Of a stretch of 55,682 nt of DNA, positions 1 through 9,556 are shown piece by piece. The stretch is from NCBI GenBank assembly GCA_032718475.1, contig JAUCBJ010002121.1, positions 1-55,682 of the forward strand. The letters run 5' to 3'. The notes under the pieces were generated by a model, which was not told the origin of the DNA, did not search any database, and was given only the letters and a program-made list of their open reading frames with translations. How positions within the stretch are numbered: the first letter of the stretch is position 1; each line of letters begins with the position of its first letter. The DNA is from Nemertoderma westbladi (lineage: Eukaryota > Animalia > Xenacoelomorpha). The position numbers and the translations under genes are program-made.

Positions 1-1023
1 TCCTGAACCATTTGAAGTGTTATGGGGCGTCCTCCAAGGAGACATACTTGCACCATTCTTGTTCATTATTGTGGTTGACTATGTTCTACGCATGTCCTTA
101 GATCATCATAATGATGACGGGGTGATGATAACTCCACCTACTGGCTCCAGAAGTCGAGGAAATCCTGCCAAGTACCTAACTGATCTAGACTTTGCTGATG
201 ACTTAGGAGTACTCTCAGAATCATTAGAGGGAGCCCAACGGCTCCTCAGCTCATTAGAACATGCTGCTTCTAGTGTTGATCTTATTATTAACTCCAGAAA
301 GACCAAAATTTTGACAGTTAACTTTGTTTGTCCTCAGCAAGTCTCTGATCGGATGAGCATAAGCTCAAAGGATGGTATGCCCGAGCATGTGGACGACTTC
401 TGTTACCTGGGATCATGGATCCGGAAGTCAGGTGAGGGAGGACCTTCGAATACGTAAGGGAAAGGCATGGGCAGCCTTGAATAGGCTATCCAGAATTTGG
501 AAGTCACCGAGAATTAATCGGAAACTTAAGGTCCGATTATTTAGAGCAGCAGTAGTTCCAGTACTCCTCTACGGGAGTCCATGCTGGGCTCTAACTGCTG
601 AGGACACCAAATCTCTGTATGGCACATTCACAAGAATACTACGCCGGGTTCATTGTGTCAAGTACAATGCACACATTTCCAACCAGACACTATATAACAT
701 TGGAGGTGTCTCATTGGTTCCCCCAAGCTTGACACTAGAACAAAATCGCCTCCGCTTTGCAGGACATTGCTTTCGCCGTGAGGACCAGCCAGTGCATAAT
801 CTTGTACTTTGGCAGCCTCATGGAGTGAATAAGCATGGTGGACAGCCCATGACTTTCTTGAGACGCATCTTAAAGGATACTGGCCTTGAAGATGCGGATG
901 ATCTAGCAAATGTCATGGGTGATAGGTAGTTGTGGCGGTGCAATTTTGTTGACAAGCCGGCACAGCATTCTAAAAAATGCAGCTGCAAAGCAGCATGCCG
1001 ATCCTAGTAGTAGTAGTAGTAGT
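1..1023 (+). mobile_element. RTE-clade non-LTR retrotransposon, 3' part (RT domain; frameshift ~435, premature stop 927-929), (TAG)n tail
   Basis: GVLQGD..APFLF and LDFADD RT motifs; RLRFAGHC C-terminal motif; TAG repeats at ~1005-1023; closely similar to the minus-strand copy at 48385-50419. Confidence 0.88.
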
Positions 1024-1564
1024 AATTCTCATGGAATGAGTGAGCGCCATCCAGAGACATATCGGCATTGGTATGCGCTAGGGGATTTATAAAGGACACA
1101 TCTCCGGAACTCTGTTCCCCGGAAACACGAAACTGAGACATCTAGACGTCCATATTGGTCTGCGATCTAAATATTTCCGACTATTGTCTTTAGGTCGGAT
1201 CTCACTGAATGTGATGTGAACTCTGTTAGGTTATAGTTTTGGTATGGCTGTTTACTGAATCAGACCTCATGCTGACTGGCTGAGGTTGGATGGAAAATGA
1301 AGATTGACGAGATTGTTACATTTAATGTCATCCTATTATTACTGTGAGTGCATGATACGTGAATCATACCTTAATGTTGCATTCTATGTAATGCGCTAGT
1401 AGACAATAATGCACTAGTAATAGGAAAGCAAGGCACCTGTCTAGGAATCAATATTCAATAAATTAATGATGTTAATGTATCAATTGTCACTACTAATGTA
1501 CATGCACCTGGACTGTGTAATATTTCTTTATGTGTTTAGTTTCTTCTATGCATTGCTTAACTGT

Positions 1565-1618
1565 TTTGCTCTGATGATGGCTATTATATATAATAGAAAC
1601 AATTGCCGTTTCAGTAAA
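1565..1618 (+). ncRNA. Degenerate type I hammerhead ribozyme-like motif
   Basis: tttgct-CTGATGA(1571-1577)-hairpin ctatta/taatag-GAAAC...TTC-agtaaa; the flanks can pair as stem I, but the stem II/GAAA junction and stem III are imperfect. Confidence 0.4.
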
Positions 1619-1766
1619 TAATTAAAATGGAATTAAGGGCTAATGGACATGAATAATAGAGGTGATTGTTGTCCCAGGTGGATATCGTAGTTTAAAACAG
1701 AATAGAATACAACTCTGAACACAACCATATACCGAAAACCAACCTTTACTGGTCTATACACACACT

Positions 1767-2486
1767 ATGATAGCTTTATTTCAGACAAATTTAAAGTTGC
1801 CCTCATTGCTACTGTTAATTTTTCGAATTTTTCACATTTGTACCAACTGGCGCCAATTTCAAACTCAAACAAATAAACTACATGACATTCTGTCCCTTAA
1901 CGGGTTTCCCAGTGAACTTATCTGGTCTGTCATTCACAGGGTCACCTCAAGACTAGGGGGGCCAGCCCGTCCCAAAATACCTTCGGTTGCCAAAAAACCA
2001 ATCTACTTAGTCCTACCTTACTTAGGCTACATGTCATCACAAATCAACCACAAACTTAAACTGATTTCTCATGCCTACCCGCAAATAGACTTCAAGATAA
2101 TTTTCAAACCCCACATCAGACTAGGCACCCACTTCCCGTTCAAGGACAGATTTCCAGCCGCGATGAGACCCGTTGTCTTGTACAAATTCAAGTGTGCCAG
2201 CTGTAATGCTGTCTACATCGGTAAAACCGAGCGACATTTTAAGACACGAGTCTGTGACCACCTGGGAGTCTCACCAAGAACGGGAAAGCCTGTGGCCAAC
2301 CCACAACACTCTGCAATACGGGATCACGCTATAGAGTATGACCACAAATATAATTACAATGATTTTAAAATAATAGGCAAGGCACAAAGTAATTACGACC
2401 TTCTAATTAAAGAAAGCATCACAATTGGCAGACAAAAACCCTCACTAAACATCCAAGGCACGTCCTTCCCGTTATTTCTATTTTAA
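1767..2486 (+). pseudogene. PLE ORF remnant with GIY-YIG endonuclease
   Basis: GIY-YIG-type motif with CxxC and downstream R/H/E/N residues; frameshifted at its 5' end. Confidence 0.85.
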
Positions 2487-2775
2487 AGGTGACCCCCCCC
2501 CCCCCAAACGCCCCCCCCCCCCCCTCCCCCCCGCCCACCAGCACTACTGCTCTCACACGTACCGGTTCACCTTACTGCTTACATTTTGTACATTTCAGTA
2601 TTTATCGCATGTTACAGACTGACGACCTACTTGTTGTTTTGTCTTATTTACACAATTCTAGGATCATAATAACTTTGTTTCATATTTACTACATTAAATA
2701 ATTAATTATTACTTTTTTTACAGTATGTTTATTTCGTAAAGTACTTTATATATTGCTAGTTTACACTGTTTATTT

Positions 2776-2813
2776 GGCTGATGATGATGAATGTATTTCG
2801 TCGAAACGTTCCG
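2776..2813 (+). ncRNA. Minimal type I hammerhead ribozyme of the PLE
   Basis: GG-CTGATGA(2778-2784)-T-GATGAA/TTCGTC stem II-GAAAC(2803-2807)-GTT-CC; palindromic stem III (AACGTT), as known for PLE hammerheads. Confidence 0.7.
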
Positions 2814-3529
2814 TTTGAATTAATTGAAATATAATGTTAACATGAATAATATTTTGGTTAATTTTTATCTTCATTATTTTTCTTCACTTTCCGCTTCTAT
2901 ATCAACAATAATTGAATTGATAATAATAATTCAATAATTTGAATTCGGACTAGGGTTTTAGGAATGGTACCCAGTTGCTGTCTTTGTGTTCTGCATCGGG
3001 CTCCACCATAAGCTCATGCTCTTGAAAATCGCCCCAGAATTGAATACATTGAACATATTAGTGATGGGAAAAGTGAATTAGGTTCTGGTTGACTTCATGG
3101 GATTTATAAATTCTTGTAAGGAGATTGGCAAAATGCTTATGAGAGCAAGTTTGATTACTCGATCTGATATTATCATACCATATTATCATAGTATCCTTCT
3201 CTATCAAAATCACTGCACTTGCTTATTACACCTCTTGGGTTCACTAATAAACTCAAAAATTGCCTGGCTCTGTCTAAGCTCATTCACACCCCCAAGACTG
3301 GCCTAGCCTTCAACACACCCAAGCTGATAATGTGTAGACAATGCATAATGTATTGAAATATATATTTAACAATGCCATCTAAGGCAGCAGTCAACACTCA
3401 CATCTAGGCCTACATACATTGCTACATAATGTAGTTCAACAACCAGTTCAATGCGGGTTCAATTTTAATGATTCGATGTTGAGTTGATACATGATGAATA
3501 ATGATGGGGGCTTGTTATTACCGCGTATA

Positions 3530-3910
3530 TTATATGTTCCCAGATCCCTGCATGTCTGTTATTCGTTGTGTGATTTGAAAATTGAGACTGGAAGGTGGTC
3601 AAGGCTGCCGAGAGAGAACCGTGTGTGCTGCTGCGATAACCAATCGGTGCAGACAGAGGCACACGTTCTTCTTCATTGTCCCATTTCCAAACCGTTTCGT
3701 GTTACTCCCTATTTTCACACCGATCTTATTTTTTCATGATTACCGGAATTTTTCAAAGTAAGGAATTGTATGTAATGTGTAAGTATATAGAGCGTGTTTT
3801 AGATAGTAGGGATTAATTAAATTAGGTAAGATTATATTAGTTTAGATTATATTAATTAGAAAGTGAAATATTTATGCATCTTGTATCTTGTATCTTGAAA
3901 TTGAATAAAC
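3530..3910 (+). mobile_element. 3' fragment of a CR1/L2-group non-LTR retrotransposon
   Basis: DLKIETGRWSRLPRENRVCCC...VQTEAHVLLHC C-terminal motif, followed by an AT-rich 3' UTR ending in AATAAA. Confidence 0.6.
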
Positions 3911-4743
3911 TTACCATTGTTATCCCTGGTAATCAAGTTCCAGACACCACCTTTGTAATGGCACTATTTTACAGTAATAAGATGTTGATGACAATCTGTG
4001 TTTGCCAGGTGTTTCCAGCCTACCTAACCTCAGTGATCGAAAGAGATACGTGATAAAACCATATTACTTCCCCTGGTGAAATGGCAAAACCTACAATTTC
4101 GCTGCTTTCTATTCATCTGATGGCCAATCTGGTGTTCAGTTTTCACATGGTTCATCAGTCATCAGGACATTCACCAAGTATTGGAGCCTTCCTTTGACTA
4201 TTATTTGCTTTTTTATTAATTCTACCCCATCTTTTCTACTCCCTTATTTATATTTTAATAAATATACCATTGTCTGCCGCCATTTTACATCTTAATTCAT
4301 ATTCTATTATAGACCTTTAATAACATTTTTGTTACTTTTTATCGTATGAGTTATTATAATGAACGATTATTTATATATTTCTTTGTATTATATGACTGTA
4401 ACGGCTATTGAAGAAACACTGTGTAATAATTTTTGTGGGATTTCTCGAATTTTAGATTAGGAATTAATTGATCGTCAAATGAGACGATTTTTATTATTAT
4501 TATTATTTTTTAATCTAATATTGTTCTCGTCTCCTAGGTTGCAACAATAATTATTTACGGTACATATATATACAGTATATACACAGAATATATATTTTGA
4601 ATACAATTTGGTATCCAAATTTCACGATGGTCTTCGTGTTAGTTTTTATTATTTTTTCTCTATTTGCCTTCTATGCAATTTCTGTTTCGTGTTGATTCTT
4701 TGAGTGTGCCTCATTTGTACAGTAAATTGTCTTATAGATTTAA

Positions 4744-5522
4744 GGGGGGTATCACCGCGACTGCAAAATTTTCAAATTTTCTGAAAATTTTTGAAATTTT
4801 TTTTCTTCTACTTTTGTGGTTTCATAGAATGTCTTTCATGTGGTGACATCGGTTTTTACCATTGAATAATTTTCCACCACAAAACATAACTTTTCTACAA
4901 CATAATTTATTGATTATATTCATGACTCTCCGTATAAAACAACCTTTTTCTCAGTTTGCTGATTTTGAAATTTATCATCACTAAATTCCGTACTACTTCT
5001 TTATTTTTCACTCAATTTTTATCAAACATATACCAAAATGTTCAGCAGCTTTAAGGCTACAATCGTGAGTATTAGTTTTGTAAAATATGTCCATTTGAAT
5101 GTTCTATGATCCATTATATAACTGCTTCTCTTTGTCTATCTCAAAATATATGATGCCCGAAATTTAGCCCGAACATACTAAAACCCTCATAAATTTTTCA
5201 AAACAATAATTTTGTATTGAAATTTTCACAGAAGATAGCCTACATATCTAGGTTCATTGGGCCAAACTCTTGGACCGAGAACTGCAACCCGGTTGGTACT
5301 ACAGATCCTTCTACATGAGATATTTTTCATTAAAATCCTCAAAATCTTTCCAAATTTTGAAAAAACCGACTTGCACAAAAAGTCCCATATTTTTCGAACA
5401 AAATGGTTTGTGAAGGTATCCATACTCAGTTTTCTTAGTTAAAGATAACAGATAATTGTAGCAGAGTATCAGAACAGTACCTATAAAAATAAAAAAAATA
5501 TATATTTGGGGTGATACCCCCT
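4744..5522. mobile_element. Non-autonomous DNA transposon with TTAA TSD (Kolobok-like termini)
   Basis: TTAA|GGGGGGTATCACC ... GGTGATACCCCCT|TTAA; ~15-bp TIR, purine-purine start, no coding capacity. Confidence 0.78.
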
Positions 5523-5585
5523 TTAACTTTATGGGTCAGTATGTATAAATATTTTCACTCATTTTATATTTTAAATTACTTATAG

Positions 5586-5641
5586 ACGCGGCGCAGTCCA
5601 GCACACTATTTCGAGTATTCGCGTGATACCCACGAACTAGT
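5586..5641 (+). mobile_element. Helitron/Helentron-like 3' terminus fragment
   Basis: GC-rich segment ending cccacgaaCTAG|T; same cccacgaac end motif as the elements at ~40880 and ~52270. Confidence 0.35.
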
Positions 5642-6131
5642 GGCACTAGCTACTATGTGGAGCTCACACGAATTCGGATCCACACCATAAATATTGTAAT
5701 TCGATCTATCTTGTGTTTGTTATTATGTTGGTGTTGGGTCTATCGCTCCTTATTATGTTGAAATGAAATAAAATCAATCAATCAATCAAATGAGAGTACA
5801 CCATTATACTTAATACAACAGCCTTTTTTTTTTAGCAAGTTGGAGACCCCCCCCCCCTCAATTGTAATCAAATGCTACGAAATTTGGTATGAAGATAGTT
5901 CGTCAACCTTTCATTAAATTCTTTAACATTGAGTAAGGCAGCATCAGGAGTTGAAGAGTACACCAATTGGAATTGCTGTAACTATGGAAGCAATATATAG
6001 TAAAATAGTGGAGTTCAATTTATTTTGTAACATAATTTCTTTTCATCTTTTATTAAATAATTAATTAACAAAAAAGTAACAATATTAAGTTAATTAATCG
6101 ATTAAAATTAAGTATCACATGGGAAAATAAA

Positions 6132-6163
6132 GGCGGAGTAGCTCAGTTGGTTGAAACGCCAGG
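6132..6163 (+). other. tRNA-like 5' half / Pol III A-box (SINE-head-like)
   Basis: GGCGGAGTAGCTCAGTTGGTTGAAACGCC; no B-box seen, runs directly into the minisatellite. Confidence 0.5.
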
Positions 6164-6176
6164 CCTTCCTTCTATT

Positions 6177-7616
6177 GGTAGAGCCACTCCTACCTTTAGG
6201 TAGCGGATAGGGTAGAGCCACTCCTACCTTTAGGTAGCGGATAGGGTAGAGCCACTCCTACCTTCGGGTAGCGGATAGGGTAGAGCCATTCCTACCTTCG
6301 AGTAGCGGATAGGGTAGAGCCACTCCTACCTTTAGGTAGCGGATAGGGTAGAGCCACTCCTACCTTCGGGTAGCGGATAGGGTAGAGCCATTCCTACCTT
6401 CGAGTAGCGGATAGGGTAGAGCCACTCCTACCTTCGGGTAGTAGATAGGGTAGAGCCACTCCTACCTTTAGGTAGCGGATAGGGTAGAGCCACTCCTACC
6501 TTCGGGTAGCGGATAGGGTAGAGCCATTCCTACCTTCGAGTAGCGGATAGGGTAGAGCCACTCCTACCTTCGGGTAGTAGATAGGGTAGAGCCACTCCTA
6601 CCTTTGGGTAGCGGATAGGGTAGAGCCACTCCTACCTTCGGGTAGCGGATAGGGTAGAGCCATTCCTACCTTCGGGTAGCGGATAGGGTAGAGCCATTCC
6701 TACCTTCGAGTAGCGGATAGGGTAGAGCCACTCCTACCTTCGGGTAGTAGATAGGGTAGAGCCACTCCTACCTTTGGGTAGCGGATAGGGTAGAGCCACT
6801 CCTACCTTCGGGTAGCGGATAGGGTTTTGCCATTCCTACCTTCGAGTAGCGGATAGGGTAGAGCCACTCCTACCTTCGGGTAGTAGATAGGGTAGAGCCA
6901 CTCCTACCTTTGGGTAGCGGATAGGGTAGAGCCACTCCTACCTTCGGGTAGCGGATAGGGTAGAGTCATTCCTACCTTCGAGTAGCGGATAGGGTAGAGC
7001 CACTCCTACCTTCGGGTAGTAGATAGGGTAGAGCCACTCCTACCTTTGGGTAGCGGATAGGGTAGAGCCACTCCTACCTTCGGGTAGCGGATAGGGTAGA
7101 GCCATTCCTACCTTCGAGTAGCGGATAGGGTAGAGCCACTCCTACCTTCGGGTAGTAGATAGGGTAGAGCCACTCCTACCTTTGGGTAGCGGATAGGGTA
7201 GAGCCACTCCTACCTTCGGGTAGCGGATAGGGTAGAGCCATTCCTACCTTCGAGTAGCGGATAGGGTAGAGCCACTTCTACCTTCGGGTAGTAGATAGGG
7301 TAGAGCCACTCCTACCTTTGGGTAGCGGATAGGGTAGAGCCACTCCTACCTTCGGGTAGCAGATATGGTAGAGCCATTCCTACCTTCGAGTAGCGGATAG
7401 GGTAGAGCCACTCCTACCTTCGGGTAGTAGATAGGGTAGAGCCACTCCTACCTTTGGGTAGCGGATAGGGTAGAGCCACTCCTACCTTCGGGTTGCGGAT
7501 AGGGTAGAGCCACTCCTACCTCCGTGCAGCGGATATGGTAGAGCCACCCCTACCTTCGGGTAGCGGATATGGTAGAGCCACTCCTACCTTCGGGTACCGG
7601 ATAGGGTAGAGCCACT
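6177..7616. repeat. 34-bp minisatellite (~42 units) with 136-bp 4-mer higher-order repeat
   Basis: Unit ggtagagccactcctaccttcgggtagcggatag; variants recur in a fixed order of four; interrupted at 7617 by the LTR element. Confidence 0.95.
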
Positions 7617-9122
7617 TGTTCGCGGTATTTCAACTTTTCATAACGCGAGTTGAATATTTTTTGTATTTATTAAAAATGATTATTCCGATATTACTATTGG
7701 GTGCGGGACCATGGGTTTTGGGCACATTCTATAAACTGGGGGCGATTTATGGGCGAACTTTGGGGCGACTTACAGGGTACGGGACTAATTTCATGTTTAT
7801 AAGGGCCAAGGGGGGATGGAAAATTCAAGCAGTATTCAGGTTAGCCTGATTACTATTAGGCCCTGGCCAACTTCCTGCTGCCTGTAGAGGTGGATTTGGT
7901 AACGCGCCAGGCCTAAAGGACAAGGACTGCCCTTAGTGGTCCCTGGCCAACAGCAGTTATTACGAGCCTGAAAAGGACATCGGAACGCCGGCTGCTTGCG
8001 TCAGGGATTTGCGACGGGAAACGACAGCCCCCTTAGCCAAGCCGTACTGGTTCTCGATGACCGATCCCTTCGGGGTTCGCGAGGGGTGGGACGGACACGC
8101 GAAAGGGCGGCTGACTTACAGAGGAAGGGTTTGACGAGGACTGCCCTTAGCAGTCTCTGGTCAACAACAGTTATTACGAGCCTGAAAAGGACATCGGAAC
8201 GCCGGCTGCCGGGATTGTACCAGGGATTTTCGACGGGAACCGACGACAGACCCCTTAGCCAAGCCGTACTGGTTCTCGATGATTGTTCCCTTCGGGGTTC
8301 GTGAGGGGTGGGATGGACACGTGACGGGGTCGAAAGACAAAGGACTGGACTCTACTGGCCTACCAACTGTTCGGAGCAGTTTCTCGGCTGCCGAAGCGAC
8401 TACGAGCCTGAAAGGGACTCGGAAAGCCTAGGTGGTTGGGTTTCTGCGATGAACCGACGGACCCCTAGCCAAGCCGTACTGGTTCTCGATGATCGAACCC
8501 TTCGGGGTTCGGGAGGGGTGGGGCGGACACGCGAACGGGTCCACCGACACGACAGACTCCTAGCCAAGCCGTACTGGTTCTCGATGACTGATCCCTTCGG
8601 GGTTTGAGAGGGGTGGTACGGATACGCGACAGAGTCTACCGACTGGACCGACCCTTAGCCAAGCCATGCTGGTTCTCGATGATCGATCCCTTCGGGGTTC
8701 GGGAGGGGTGGAACGGACACGCGACAGGGTCGACCGACACCGACACTACGGCATCAAGACTAGGACCGAGGGAAAATCTGGGGAACATTAGTTAGGCTAA
8801 AATCTGAGCGAACAGTGGGTAATTAAATAATATACTGTAGGGATTTATATTGTCGTGTATAATTATTGTGAATATTTGGTGTATATTGATTTGGGGAAGC
8901 CCAAAATTATTCTCAATCAGGATTGTAACAGGGTTCAGTGAGATTAACTACATTAAAGAATATATCCAACCAATGCAGCTTTTTCTCAACCGCAATCCTG
9001 CATCTAAGAAATTCCTCCTTCTCCACAATCAATATCCGGTGACTGGCCGGGACTCCGTGGTCTGTAAAGCCCCGCCTCCAGCATCGGCGTTTTTCCCCCC
9101 TGGTGTCGGGATAACGGCAACA
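7617..9122 (+). repeat. 5' LTR of element 1 (1506 bp)
   Basis: TGTTCGCG...GGCAACA; direct repeat of 20281-21781. Confidence 0.96.
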
Positions 9123-9124
9123 AA

Positions 9125-9137
9125 ATTGAGAATAATT
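9125..9137 (+). promoter_or_regulatory. Atypical primer binding site, complementary to LTR 8905-8917
   Basis: ATTGAGAATAATT, 2 nt after the LTR-terminal CA, is the exact reverse complement of AATTATTCTCAAT; no TGG start. Confidence 0.6.
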
Positions 9138-9556
9138 GGGTCAATTTGACAGGGTGTCAAAATTGAGAATAAAACGCGGCCAACTTCAACTGGTGGAAGT
9201 TGAGAATCCTACAATACCCTTCAAAACTCTCTACGTGCTTGCCAGCACCCACTACGAGGAAACTCTGGTATTTGAGTTAAGACTAAGTCGTGGTTTAATT
9301 AATCAACAAACTCGATCTAACCTACTCGTAGTCGGCAGATCACATATTTGGAGAGTTGTTAACAGGGAATGGAAGTATCGATCACACCCATTGATATAAT
9401 CCAAGTTGAGCCAGGAATCTGGCACGTCGAGGTTGAAGTATAAGGAACGAACGTCGGACGATTCAGGATTACCGTTCGGGTGGTCCAAGCTGAGTACAAT
9501 ACCTACGAGGAACTGTTTTATGATATCGCATATCTAGCCATCGACGAGGCGCTACA

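Larger units (their letters stand above)
1681..2830 (+). mobile_element. Penelope-like element (PLE), 5'-truncated: RT C-terminus + GIY-YIG endonuclease + 3' region
   Basis: YRKPTFTGLY in an upstream frame (~1729-1758); VLYKFKCASCNAVYIGKTERHFKTRVCDH...SAIRDH...LLIKES...KPSLN in ORF 1767-2486; hammerhead motif downstream. Confidence 0.88.

Noticed and set aside
6177-7616. Regular 34-bp repeats with hairpins resembling a CRISPR array
   Set aside because: No unique spacers, no cas genes, eukaryotic context; it is a head-to-tail minisatellite
7616-9149. Short ORFs in the LTR and antisense ORFs over gag-pol and ORF3
   Set aside because: Mostly non-ATG starts, frames differ between the two LTRs, no recognisable motifs
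9191-9208. TGGTGGAAGTTGAG as a canonical tRNA PBS
   Set aside because: About 68 nt from the LTR end, too far to define the U5 terminus, and I cannot match it to a tRNA 3' end
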